Shown: positions 1-10,866 of the stretch, one piece after another
Numbering within the stretch: position 1 is the stretch's first letter
How the letters are laid out: each line of letters starts with the position of its first letter
Assembly (NCBI GenBank): GCA_902610815.1
Contig: CACLXG010000001.1
Location: forward strand, 12,775 to 76,774
Source: an uncultured Candidatus Actinomarina sp.
GTDB taxonomy: Bacteria; Actinomycetota; Acidimicrobiia; Actinomarinales; Actinomarinaceae
Direction of reading: 5' to 3'
DNA length: 64,000 bases
Made by a program: the position numbers and the translations under genes
The notes under the pieces: model-generated
Databases searched by the model: none
Seen by the model: the letters and a program-made list of their open reading frames with translations, nothing else
Told to the model about the DNA's origin: nothing

Positions 1-1
1 T

Positions 2-514
2 CCTAAAACTGAATCACAGGGGAGAGTTCATACTTCAATAGCAACTGTTGCAGTGCTTCCTGAAGCTGAAGAGGTTGACTTAAATATCGTTGATAGTGAT
101 TTAAAAATTGATGTTTATAGATCTAGCGGTCCTGGTGGTCAAAGTGTTAATACAACTGACTCAGCAGTAAGAATTACTCATATACCAACAGGCTTAGTTG
201 TCACCAGTCAAGATGAAAAATCGCAGTTAAAAAATAAAAATCAAGCAATGAGAATTTTAAGGGCAAGACTTTTAAAGGCTGAACAAGATAAAGCTGCAGC
301 AGAACGTGCAAAAGATAGAAAAGAGCAAGTCGGTTCTGGTGAGAGATCAGACAAGATAAGAACATATAATTACAAAGACAATAGAGTTTCAGATCACAGG
401 ATAAACTTGACACTAAAAAAATTAGACCAAGTTTTGGATGGAGACTTAGAAGAGTTTGTTGTTGGCTTGATTGCAGATAATGAAGCTTCAAGACTTGCCA
501 ATCTAGAAGAATAA
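2..514 (+). CDS. prfA: peptide chain release factor 1 (5' partial, continues upstream of window)
   Basis: Open frame from position 2. The translation contains the RF1 core ...[17 protein letters not shown]... and the GGQ motif ([23 protein letters not shown]). Confidence 0.9.
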   Translation, partial: PKTESQGRVHTSIATVAVLPEAEEVDLNIVDSDLKIDVYRSSGPGGQSVNTTDSAVRITHIPTGLVVTSQDEKSQLKNKNQAMRILRARLLKAEQDKAAAERAKDRKEQVGSGERSDKIRTYNYKDNRVSDHRINLTLKKLDQVLDGDLEEFVVGLIADNEASRLANLEE

Positions 515-1263
515 TGAACATCCAACAAATTCCTGAGCATGAACTGGCAAGACTCAGAGAAAAAGCTAAAGAAATTACAGGGTCACAGTCAGATTATCAT
601 TCATCCTATACAGAGCTTCTTACTAGAAGACTAAATGGTGAGCCTCTTCAATACATAGAAGAATATATACCTTTTTATAGCATTCAAATCAATGTTGACC
701 AACGGTGTTTGATCCCAAGACCAGAAACAGAGTTTTTAATTGAGTTAATAAAAAATAAGTCTGATAATCCAAAAAAAATCTTGGATGTGGGTACCGGAAC
801 TGGATGTATTGCACTTATGCTGAAAAAACTATATCCGGAATCAACAGTTGATGCATGTGATATTTCCCTTGAAGCATTAGATTTAGCAAAAGAGAATTCA
901 GAAATTAATAATCTTGAAATTAATTTATTTCAATCAGATCTTTTAAGTGATGTTGAAGAAGTTGATTATGACATAATTGTTGCAAACTTACCCTATATTC
1001 CAACAGAAACTCTTTCTAGTCTTGAGTCTGAAGTAGTGGACTATGAACCACTTGTAGCTCTTGATGGTGGAATTGATGGACTTTTATATATCAATAGATT
1101 AATAAAAGAAATTGAGGAAAAAGATATAAGAAACCTTACCCTATTTTTAGAAGTCGACACTAGTCATGCAACAACCATTTTGAATAATCTTTCACATTGG
1201 AAGCAAGTAGAATTAGAGAAGGACTTAGTTGAAAGAGATCGGTATATAATTGCAAAACAATAA
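514..1263 (+). CDS. prmC: release factor glutamine N5-methyltransferase (HemK/PrmC)
   Basis: SAM-binding motif DVGTGTGCIAL. Substrate motif reads IVANLPYIP (NPPY-like, written NLPY here). Its start overlaps the prfA stop. The prfA-prmC order is typical. Confidence 0.8.
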   Translation: MNIQQIPEHELARLREKAKEITGSQSDYHSSYTELLTRRLNGEPLQYIEEYIPFYSIQINVDQRCLIPRPETEFLIELIKNKSDNPKKILDVGTGTGCIALMLKKLYPESTVDACDISLEALDLAKENSEINNLEINLFQSDLLSDVEEVDYDIIVANLPYIPTETLSSLESEVVDYEPLVALDGGIDGLLYINRLIKEIEEKDIRNLTLFLEVDTSHATTILNNLSHWKQVELEKDLVERDRYIIAKQ

Positions 1264-1831
1264 ATTGAATCTTGCAGTTGAAGCAATAAATAACAATCAA
1301 GTAGTAGGTATTCCAACAGAGACCGTTTATGGAATTGGAGTTAATCCTTATAGTCAGGAAGCTGTAAATAAAATTTTTGACTTAAAAGGAAGAGATGAAG
1401 ATAAACCTTTATCTATTCTTGTTTCTTCATATTATGACCTACAAAAACTTGATATAGTATCAACAATTCCTGAAGTTGTAGAGCTTTATTGGCCAGGACC
1501 ACTAACGATTGTCGTTGAGACAACAAAGGAATTTGCTGATGGTGTTGGTACAAAAAATCCATTTTCAATTGGGATCAGAGTTCCCGACAATGAGCTAGCA
1601 ATTGAGTTATTAAAAATTACTGGACCACTAGCTGTTACAAGTGCAAACCGTTCTGGTGAAAATGATGTTACTAGTAATACTGAAGCAGAAGAAATATTTG
1701 GCTCAAATGTTGCAGAATATCTTGAAGGAGCTTCTGTTCACGGAAGTGGATCAACTATCATAGATTTTCGTGTCGAGGGTGGAGAAATTTTAAGAGAAGG
1801 CCCACTTAAATGGCCTCCAAGTTACTGTTAG
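1250..1831 (+). CDS. tsaC: L-threonylcarbamoyladenylate synthase (YrdC/TsaC short form)
   Basis: YrdC/Sua5 family signature ...VVGIPTETVYGIGVNP... and a 193 aa single-domain size. It sits between prmC and the atp operon as in mycobacteria. Confidence 0.7.
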   Translation: MQNNKLNLAVEAINNNQVVGIPTETVYGIGVNPYSQEAVNKIFDLKGRDEDKPLSILVSSYYDLQKLDIVSTIPEVVELYWPGPLTIVVETTKEFADGVGTKNPFSIGIRVPDNELAIELLKITGPLAVTSANRSGENDVTSNTEAEEIFGSNVAEYLEGASVHGSGSTIIDFRVEGGEILREGPLKWPPSYC

Positions 1832-1841
1832 AATACATATC

Positions 1842-3104
1842 ATGAATAAAAAAGGCGCTTCCCAAGAATCACTTAATAATGTAGATGCAGAAATTTCTGA
1901 GTTAATTGATAACGACTTAAATAGACAAAATACACATATACACCTCATAGCATCAGAAAACTTTGCCTCAAAAGCAGTAATGGAAGCATCTGGCTCAATA
2001 TTGACTAATAAATACTCTGAGGGTTTTCCAGGACGTAGATATTACGAAGGATGTGAAATTATTGATCAAATCGAACAGCTAGCGATTGATAGAGCTTGCG
2101 AATTATTTGAAGCCGATCACGCTAATGTTCAACCTCATTCAGGATCATCTGCAAATATGGCAGTTTACTTGTCTTTATTAGAACCGGGGGACACCGTACT
2201 AGGAATGTCACTTGATCAGGGAGGACATCTAACACACGGTTCACCTGTTAACTTCTCAGGACAGATATACAACTTTGTTGGCTACGGTCTAGACGAGGAA
2301 TCAGAATTAATTGATATGGAAACTGTTTACAACATGGCTATAGAGCATAAACCTAAATTAATAATTGCTGGCTACTCTTCCTATTCACAATCACTTAATT
2401 TCCAAAAATTCAGAGAGATTGCAGATGAAGTTGGCGCTCACTTTATGGTTGATGCAGCTCACTTTATAGGACTAGTTGCTGGAAAAGTTGTAGACAATCC
2501 AGCCAAATATGCTGATGTTGTTACGGCAACAACTCACAAAGCTTTACGTGGGCCACGTGGTGGAATTATTTTAACAAGAGAAGAGTTTGCAAAGGATATT
2601 GATAAAAATACATTTCCTGGAGCTCAAGGTGGGGCACTAAATAACCAAATAGCAGCAAAAGCTGTATGTTTTAAAGAAGCTTTAACAAAAGAATATCAAG
2701 AATATGCACAACAAATTTTAAACAATGCAAAAGCATTAGCTGATTCTTTTCAAGAACAAGGCTTAAGAGTAGTAAGTGGTGGAACAGAGAACCATTTAGT
2801 TCTTGTCGATACAAGAAGTGTGGACGAAGAACTAACCGGTAAAGAAGCTGGTATTTTGCTAAATGATAGGGGAGTTACTTTAAATAGAAATGCAATACCA
2901 TTTGATCCTCGATCTCCTTTTATAACTTCAGGTATACGCATGGGTACTCCAGCAGTAACAACATGTGGCATGAAAGAAAATGAACTAACTCAGGTTGGTT
3001 ATCTAATATCTGAAATAATGAAAAATAGATCAGATGAAAATAAATTAAATGAGTTAGAGGCAGAAGTCAGATCTCTTGCCAAGAGTTTTCAACCGTATGG
3101 CTAA
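1842..3104 (+). CDS. glyA: serine hydroxymethyltransferase
   Basis: Motifs are conserved along the whole SHMT length, and the PLP lysine context TTHKALRGPRGG is present (420 aa). Confidence 0.95.
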   Translation: MNKKGASQESLNNVDAEISELIDNDLNRQNTHIHLIASENFASKAVMEASGSILTNKYSEGFPGRRYYEGCEIIDQIEQLAIDRACELFEADHANVQPHSGSSANMAVYLSLLEPGDTVLGMSLDQGGHLTHGSPVNFSGQIYNFVGYGLDEESELIDMETVYNMAIEHKPKLIIAGYSSYSQSLNFQKFREIADEVGAHFMVDAAHFIGLVAGKVVDNPAKYADVVTATTHKALRGPRGGIILTREEFAKDIDKNTFPGAQGGALNNQIAAKAVCFKEALTKEYQEYAQQILNNAKALADSFQEQGLRVVSGGTENHLVLVDTRSVDEELTGKEAGILLNDRGVTLNRNAIPFDPRSPFITSGIRMGTPAVTTCGMKENELTQVGYLISEIMKNRSDENKLNELEAEVRSLAKSFQPYG

Positions 3105-3312
3105 AGCAAGAATTAATTTAGAAGATTTTGGCCCTGTTTCTACTTTTTCTACATCTATTTTAAGTGGACTTTTAATAGGGCTTTTAATACAAAACTTTTT
3201 TGGATATGCACCTTGGCCAGTAATAATATTTGTACTAATTGGTATCTATGACGGATATAGAAGAATGTGGAATATTTCAGCAAAATTAGAGGAAGAAAAA
3301 GATGAACGTTGA
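3076..3312 (+). CDS. small two-helix membrane protein, AtpZ/AtpI-like ATP synthase accessory protein (putative)
   Basis: 78 aa (the true start may be the internal MAKARINL), with two hydrophobic helices. It lies immediately upstream of atpI-atpB. Confidence 0.35.
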   Translation: MPRVFNRMAKARINLEDFGPVSTFSTSILSGLLIGLLIQNFFGYAPWPVIIFVLIGIYDGYRRMWNISAKLEEEKDER

Positions 3313-3706
3313 AATTGAACTAGCAAAAAGGATGCTTTTTAGATCTTCACCTATATATGTGATTGTTCCAGTCTTATTTTATTTTAAATCCCAAGAAGCA
3401 TTTTTCACCTCTCTATATTCTTCAGTAATTGTTGCTACAGGTTTTTTTCTAGGAGCAGTAATCATGTCTTATGCAGCAAAAATCTCTCTAAATTTCTATT
3501 ATTTTGCTGCGTTATTTGGATACGTTTTTAGATTAATTTTTATATTTGGGTTTCTCTTATTACTAAAAAACGTTTATTCTATTGATGATTTGGCAATGTC
3601 TCTGACAGTGCCGATTGTTTTTTTAACTATGTTATTTATAGAAATGACTATGGTTATTAAGAGAAAAGACACAGATTTAGATTGGGCAAATGATAACAGC
3701 AGCTGA
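3302..3706 (+). CDS. atpI: ATP synthase protein I (putative)
   Basis: 134 aa polytopic membrane protein directly preceding atpB. Size and position are typical for AtpI. Confidence 0.45.
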   Translation: MNVEIELAKRMLFRSSPIYVIVPVLFYFKSQEAFFTSLYSSVIVATGFFLGAVIMSYAAKISLNFYYFAALFGYVFRLIFIFGFLLLLKNVYSIDDLAMSLTVPIVFLTMLFIEMTMVIKRKDTDLDWANDNSS

Positions 3707-4496
3707 AACTTGTGATTTTATTAATGAAGTAGTTTGCAAACCTGCAAATGTAAAAGAATTATTCGAATTTGGTAATTTTGCAGGAACACAGATATCAAGA
3801 ACCGAAGTCCTAATACTTCTTGCAGCCATTATTCCAGTGGTTGTTGTGTTTTTTGGATTAAGAAAAAAATCAGTTGTACCTGGAAAACTTCAATCGGCAG
3901 TTGAATCAATATTCACATTCGTAAAAGATGAGATAGCACTAGGTGTTATTGGTAGAGGGGGAGAGAAATTTACCCCATATTTAGTCTCAATATTTTTATT
4001 TATACTTGTAGGAAACCTATTTGAGGTTGCTCCATTAATTAACTTCCCAGTCACATCTCGTATGGCTTTACCACTATTTTTAAGTTTGATAACGTACTTT
4101 ATTTTTGTTTTTGTTGGAATAAAAGAAGAAGGTTTTGGCTATATATCACATCTCGTATGGCCTCCAGGCGTACCAGTTGCGCTTAAACCATTAGTAGGCG
4201 TCATAGAGTTAGTTTCAGTTTTATTAGTGAGACCATTTAGTCTCGCAGTTCGACTTTTTGCTAACCTTGTTGCTGGTCACGTTATGCTCAGTTTGTTATT
4301 AGCATCTGCATATTTTTTCTTAGTACAACCTGGTGGTGCTGATTACATCCTCTCTAAAGCACCTATTGGATTAGCTTGGTTCACACTTGGTTTGGGAATC
4401 TATGGATTCGAATTAATAGTTTCAATTTTGCAGGCATACATATTTACATTGTTGTCTGCAGTGTATATACAAACGTCTCTGCATCCAGAGCATTAA
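3690..4496 (+). CDS. atpB: F0F1 ATP synthase subunit a
   Basis: Multi-pass membrane protein, with the conserved a-subunit region ...RLFANLVAGH... containing the essential Arg. Confidence 0.9.
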   Translation: MITAAETCDFINEVVCKPANVKELFEFGNFAGTQISRTEVLILLAAIIPVVVVFFGLRKKSVVPGKLQSAVESIFTFVKDEIALGVIGRGGEKFTPYLVSIFLFILVGNLFEVAPLINFPVTSRMALPLFLSLITYFIFVFVGIKEEGFGYISHLVWPPGVPVALKPLVGVIELVSVLLVRPFSLAVRLFANLVAGHVMLSLLLASAYFFLVQPGGADYILSKAPIGLAWFTLGLGIYGFELIVSILQAYIFTLLSAVYIQTSLHPEH

Positions 4497-4715
<219 letters not shown>

Positions 4716-4731
4716 GAGTAAAAGAGTGAAT

Positions 4732-5262
4732 ATGAATTTAGAATTATTATTAGCGGAAGCTGAAGAATCAAGCTCAGGCATTGATCTGCTTTTGCCTGCA
4801 ACATCTGAACTTGTTGCTGGTATTGCTGCTTTTGCAATTGTATTTTTCTTTATTTGGAAATGGGCACTACCTGCATTAAATGAAACTTTAGCATCAAGAG
4901 CTTCTGCTATAGAAGGTCAGATAAAAGAAGCTGAGGAAACAAAAGCCGAAGCTGAGAAATCTAAAGCTGAGTACGACAAGCTTGTGTCAAATGCTGATTC
5001 AGAAGTTCAAACAATCATTGATGAAGGTAAAGCTGCCGCTGAGAAAATTAAAGAAGATATGCTTGCAGAAGCCAAAAAAGAAGCAGAAGCAATCGTAGAA
5101 AAAGCTAAATCAGATTCAGAGGCTGAAAAAGAAAGAGTTTCTTCAGAATTAAAAGGTGAAGTAGCCGATCTCTCTTTGGAGATATCACAAAAAGTTGCAT
5201 CATCTATGTCAAAAAATGACCAAAAGAAACTTATTGATAAATTTATAAAGGATATGGGGTAA
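4732..5262 (+). CDS. atpF: F0F1 ATP synthase subunit b
   Basis: N-terminal TM helix followed by a long Ala/Glu/Lys-rich helix. The start was chosen at ATG 4732 (after an RBS) rather than the ORF-track start, which overlaps atpE. Confidence 0.85.
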   Translation: MNLELLLAEAEESSSGIDLLLPATSELVAGIAAFAIVFFFIWKWALPALNETLASRASAIEGQIKEAEETKAEAEKSKAEYDKLVSNADSEVQTIIDEGKAAAEKIKEDMLAEAKKEAEAIVEKAKSDSEAEKERVSSELKGEVADLSLEISQKVASSMSKNDQKKLIDKFIKDMG

Positions 5263-5270
5263 CAGAAACA

Positions 5271-5798
5271 ATGTCAGTTGAGACTTTTTCAAAAGGTTTA
5301 GTTGAAATAATTGCATCTTCTGATGATTCAGAAAGAGTTGAAAATGAAATCCTCCAAGTTTTCAAGTCTTTATCAGATTCATCAGAGGCTCTTGATGTAT
5401 TTAGAAACTTTGGAATACCTGTAGAGAAAAAGATTGAGGCTGTACAAAACTTGTTGAGCACACGAGTTTTACCTTTAACGGTAGACTTGGTGACCCTCAC
5501 TATATCCCAAGGTTATGCAGATAACCTAAATGATATTGAATCAAGTGTTGCTAATTTTATAGCAAACAAAAGAGGAGCTTCAGTAGCAAAAGTCGTGACA
5601 GCTGTTGAGCTCGACGATAAAACACAAAAAGCACTACAAAAGGCAATAAAAAGCAAAGTTGGAACTGACGTAGAGCTAAGTATTGATGTTGATCCATCTG
5701 TAATTGGTGGAATAAGTGTAAGTGTAGGAGAGAGAACTTTTGACGGTCTTCTCTCATCAAAGTTTTCAGAAATTAAAACTGTATTAGAAGGTAGGTAG
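5271..5798 (+). CDS. atpH: F0F1 ATP synthase subunit delta
   Basis: 175 aa, sitting between atpF and atpA, with an OSCP-like C-terminus. Confidence 0.8.
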   Translation: MSVETFSKGLVEIIASSDDSERVENEILQVFKSLSDSSEALDVFRNFGIPVEKKIEAVQNLLSTRVLPLTVDLVTLTISQGYADNLNDIESSVANFIANKRGASVAKVVTAVELDDKTQKALQKAIKSKVGTDVELSIDVDPSVIGGISVSVGERTFDGLLSSKFSEIKTVLEGR

Positions 5799-5799
5799 A

Positions 5800-7317
5800 A
5801 TGAGCGATCTAAATATTGACGCAAAAGCGATATCAGATTCTTTAAAGTCTACTCTTGGTGACTGGAAAGATTCTGTAAAAGATGACGTAGTTGGTTATGT
5901 ATCAGCGATTGCAGACGGTGTAGCAAGAGTTAAGGGCTTAGAAAATGTTATGGCTTCTGAGCTACTCGAGTTTCCAGGTGGACTAGTCGGTGTTGCTCTT
6001 AACTTAGAAGAAGATTCAATCGGTGTCGTTCTAATGGGTGACTCCAATCATATTGAAGAAGGTAACCCTGTTAAGCAGACTGGTGAAGTTCTTTCCATAG
6101 GAGTTGGAGATGGATTTTTAGGAAGAGTTATCGATCCACTAGGAAACCCAATTGATGGAAAAGGTCCTATAGAATTTACCGAAAGAAGACGTCTTGAGCT
6201 TCAAGCACCTTCCGTTGTTGAAAGACAACCTGTTGGAGAACCACTTCAAACTGGTATCAAAGCTATTGACTCCATGATTCCAATTGGAAGGGGCCAAAGA
6301 GAGCTTATCATTGGTGATAGGCAGATTGGAAAAACCGCTGTTGCAGTAGATACAATAATTAATCAAAAAGATACTGACGTAAAGTGTATTTACGTTGCTA
6401 TTGGTCAGAAATCATCAACTGTAGCTGAAGTTGTAGAGAGATTTGAAGAAGAGGGAGTGCTTGATAAAGTAGTTATAGTTAATGCGCCAGCTTCAGCAGC
6501 TGCAGCATTGCAGATGTATGCTCCTTATGCTGGTTCAGCTATTGGTCAGCACTGGATGTACAACGGTGAACACGGACTAATTGTTTTTGACGACTTATCA
6601 AAACAAGCTATTGCATATCGTCAGATTTCACTACTTCTAAGACGACCTCCTGGAAGAGAGGCATATCCTGGTGACGTTTTCTATCTTCACTCAAGGTTAT
6701 TAGAGCGTTGTGCAAAAGTAAGTGAAGAGCTTGGTGGAGGGTCATTAACTGGTCTCCCAATTATTGAGACAAAAGCTGGTGACGTTTCAGCATTCATCCC
6801 AACTAACGTGATTTCCATTACAGATGGCCAGATTTATTTGGAATCAGAACTCTTTTATTCTGGTGTAAGACCTGCTGTAAACCCTGGTACATCAGTATCA
6901 AGAGTTGGTGGTGCAGCACAAACTAAGGCTATGAAAAAAGTCTCCGGTCCTTTAAGAATTAACCTTGCACAGTTCAGGGAGTTAGAGGCATTTGCTGAGT
7001 TCGGATCTGACTTAGATGCAGCATCTCAAGCACAGCTTGATAGAGGTAGAAGAGTTGTTGAGTTGCTAAAACAACCACAGTATCAACCAGTACCTATGGA
7101 AGAGCAAGTGGTATCACTATACGCAGTGACAGAGGGTTTTCTTGATGTAGTGGATCCAGCTGATATTCCACAAGCTGAGCAAGATTTGATTGACTTTGTA
7201 AAAACAAGACACTCTGATGTTATTAATTCGATTAAAACAACTGGTGAGTTGCCTGGAGAAGAATTAAAAGCTGCTGTCGAGGCTTTTGTAAGTACATTGG
7301 AGAAAAAAGAAGAGTAA
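5800..7317 (+). CDS. atpA: F0F1 ATP synthase subunit alpha
   Basis: Walker A motif GDRQIGKT and alpha-subunit signature regions (505 aa). Confidence 0.97.
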   Translation: MSDLNIDAKAISDSLKSTLGDWKDSVKDDVVGYVSAIADGVARVKGLENVMASELLEFPGGLVGVALNLEEDSIGVVLMGDSNHIEEGNPVKQTGEVLSIGVGDGFLGRVIDPLGNPIDGKGPIEFTERRRLELQAPSVVERQPVGEPLQTGIKAIDSMIPIGRGQRELIIGDRQIGKTAVAVDTIINQKDTDVKCIYVAIGQKSSTVAEVVERFEEEGVLDKVVIVNAPASAAAALQMYAPYAGSAIGQHWMYNGEHGLIVFDDLSKQAIAYRQISLLLRRPPGREAYPGDVFYLHSRLLERCAKVSEELGGGSLTGLPIIETKAGDVSAFIPTNVISITDGQIYLESELFYSGVRPAVNPGTSVSRVGGAAQTKAMKKVSGPLRINLAQFRELEAFAEFGSDLDAASQAQLDRGRRVVELLKQPQYQPVPMEEQVVSLYAVTEGFLDVVDPADIPQAEQDLIDFVKTRHSDVINSIKTTGELPGEELKAAVEAFVSTLEKKEE

Positions 7318-7320
7318 ATT

Positions 7321-8190
7321 ATGGCAAGTGCTGAATTACGAATAATAAATAGAAGAATTAAGAGTGTTAAATCTACTAAGAAGATAACACGTGCAATGGA
7401 ACTTATTGCTTCTTCAAGAATTGTAAAAGCACAACAAAGACTTACCTCTTCCAACAATTACACAAACTTACTCGCTCAGATTGTTGAAGAACTTACAGGG
7501 AGTGGTGAAATGCCAACTTCGCCTGCAATTGAAGGAACAAAAAAGATAACACTTGTTGTTATTACTTCAGATCGTGGACTTGCAGGTGCTTATAACACAA
7601 ACATTTTAAAACTTGCTGAGATAAGAAAAGCTGAGTATGAAAATCTAGGTAACCAAGTAGAGATTGTCACTGTTGGAAAAAAAGCAAATGGATATTTCAA
7701 GTATAGAAATGTTGAACCTAAACAGAACTATGAGGGCATAACTGATGAACCAAATTTTGAAAATGCATTAGAAATTATGACGCCTTTAGTTCAAGAATTT
7801 TATGCTGGAAAAACTAACCAAATTGAACTTGTGTATACAGAATATCAGTCTGCGATGACACAAACAGCACTCTATAAAACTGTCCTCCCATTTGAGGTAG
7901 AGCAGATTGCTAAAGAGGTTGAGTCAGTTGGAGCCTATACTTTTGAACCTTCAGCAAGCCAAGTGTTAAGTAATATTATTCCAAAATACACAAATGCAAC
8001 AATATTTTCTGCATTACTCAATGCTTCAACATCAGAGCATGCAGCGAGAATGAGAGCTATGAAAGCAGCAACTGAGAATGCAGAGGAGTTAATTAAGATT
8101 TTATCACGTCAAAGTAATCAAGCTAGACAGGCTGAAATTACTACTGAGATTTCAGAAATTGTAGGTGGAGCGGAAGCTCTAGCAGGATAA
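7321..8190 (+). CDS. atpG: F0F1 ATP synthase subunit gamma
   Basis: 289 aa with conserved N- and C-terminal gamma helices (…ITTEISEIVGGAEAL). Confidence 0.9.
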   Translation: MASAELRIINRRIKSVKSTKKITRAMELIASSRIVKAQQRLTSSNNYTNLLAQIVEELTGSGEMPTSPAIEGTKKITLVVITSDRGLAGAYNTNILKLAEIRKAEYENLGNQVEIVTVGKKANGYFKYRNVEPKQNYEGITDEPNFENALEIMTPLVQEFYAGKTNQIELVYTEYQSAMTQTALYKTVLPFEVEQIAKEVESVGAYTFEPSASQVLSNIIPKYTNATIFSALLNASTSEHAARMRAMKAATENAEELIKILSRQSNQARQAEITTEISEIVGGAEALAG

Positions 8191-8201
8191 GGAGAAAATA
8201 A

Positions 8202-9619
<1,418 letters not shown>

Positions 9620-9620
<1 letters not shown>

Positions 9621-9934
9621 TGTTTGTCGAGGTTGTCTCACCAGAGGAGAATTGTTTCTCAGGAGATGCAACTATGGTTATTTCAAGAACTCCAAATGGT
9701 GAAATAGGAATTCTCGAGGGTCATGAACAAACAGTTGCAACTTTAGTACCTGGAGGATTAACCATTGAACATGACAATACAAGAACAAGCTTTGCAATTT
9801 CTGGTGGAATATTACAGATAACTGGAGAGAAAGTAATTGTTCTTGGCGAACTTGTTGAAAAGATTGATGGAGATCACGAAAAAGCTGTAGAAGTTGGTCA
9901 AGAATTAGCTAAAAAAGCCTTTCCAGAGGAATAA
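9620..9934 (+). CDS. atpC: F0F1 ATP synthase subunit epsilon
   Basis: 104 aa. It closes the atp operon and its start overlaps the atpD stop. Confidence 0.85.
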
Positions 9935-10764
9935 TGTCGTCACTTCTAGCATTTCACGCTCACCCTGATGATGAGAGCGTCTCGACTGGAGTTACGCTAG
10001 CAAAATATGCAGACGAAGGTCACAGAGTTGTAGTAGCTACTGCAACCGATGGTTCTGCTGGTGAAATTCATAACTACGATAATCCAGAAGAGCTTTTCCC
10101 TAAACTCGCTGAAATGAGAAGAAAAGAGTTAGAGGCAAGCCTTGAAGCACTTGGTGTAAAAGAGTATGAGTGGATGGGTTTTAAAGATTCTGGAATGATG
10201 GGTACTAGTGAAAATGATGATCCAGATTGTTTCTGGAGACAGAACTATTTTGATCCTGTAGGAAAACTCGTCGACATAATTAGAAAATATAAACCTGATG
10301 CTTTAATCACATATGACCCTTTTGGAGGTTATGGTCATCCAGATCATATTCAGACACATAGAATCGGAACCGCAGCTTTCTTTGCAGCTAGTGATTTAGA
10401 TAAATTTCCTCTAAAAGATGGTCAAGAAGTATGGATTCCAGAGCGTTTGTATTACAGTGCCTGGTCTAAAAAAAGAATGCAATCTAGAAGACAACAAATG
10501 TTTGATGCTGGAATTATTTCAGAAGAAGAATTTAACAGGTTTAACCCAATTGGTAGTGAACATGATGATATAGATGTTGAAGTTGATGGAACAAAGTATG
10601 TTGAACATAAAATTAAATCGATGAAAGCTCATCGAAGTCAGTTTAAAGATGACTGGTGGGGTTTTAATATTCCAGATGAATTTAAAAAGGATTTTTTAGG
10701 ATATGAAAACTACATACTTGCTTTTAATAGAGGGTCTTGGTCTTCAGAAACAGATTTAATCTAA
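9934..10764 (+). CDS. PIG-L family deacetylase (MshB/Mca-like, mycothiol pathway candidate)
   Basis: N-terminal zinc-binding motif LLAFHAHPDDES, characteristic of the LmbE/PIG-L fold (MshB/Mca). Its ATG overlaps the atpC stop codon. Confidence 0.6.
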   Translation: MSSLLAFHAHPDDESVSTGVTLAKYADEGHRVVVATATDGSAGEIHNYDNPEELFPKLAEMRRKELEASLEALGVKEYEWMGFKDSGMMGTSENDDPDCFWRQNYFDPVGKLVDIIRKYKPDALITYDPFGGYGHPDHIQTHRIGTAAFFAASDLDKFPLKDGQEVWIPERLYYSAWSKKRMQSRRQQMFDAGIISEEEFNRFNPIGSEHDDIDVEVDGTKYVEHKIKSMKAHRSQFKDDWWGFNIPDEFKKDFLGYENYILAFNRGSWSSETDLI

Positions 10765-10793
10765 AAAAAGTCATTAACTTAACGTATATTTTT

Positions 10794-10815
10794 TGTTTAC
10801 TTTGTGTTTACCTGT
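10794..10815 (+). promoter_or_regulatory. candidate PHO box: two direct TGTTTAC repeats 11 nt apart, upstream of pstS
   Basis: TGTTTAC occurs at 10794-10800 and again at 10805-10811, followed by CTGTCAT. This resembles the GTTCAC-type direct repeat units bound by PhoB/PhoP-family regulators. The second repeat ends 56 nt before the pstS ATG. Confidence 0.4.
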
Positions 10816-10866
10816 CATGAATATCTTGGAACCAGTTAATTTAATTAAATTAAAGAAAGGAAATCC

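Noticed and set aside
3076-3312. The 78-aa ORF as an independent conserved gene versus a glyA C-terminal overlap artefact
   Set aside because: It is kept as a low-confidence feature rather than rejected, because two clear TM helices and a position before atpI match AtpZ/AtpI-like accessory genes. The first 21 nt overlapping glyA are probably not part of it.
6139-6366. Numerous short antisense or nested ORFs in the track (for example 201-521, 2750-2971, 4376-4591, 4493-4837, 5243-5500, 6139-6366, 13227-13586, 19190-19459, 23691-24038, 42122-42406, 51906-52289)
   Set aside because: All lie inside or opposite strongly supported conserved genes. They have low-complexity or biased translations typical of frame-shadow ORFs, and lack RBS or homology signals.
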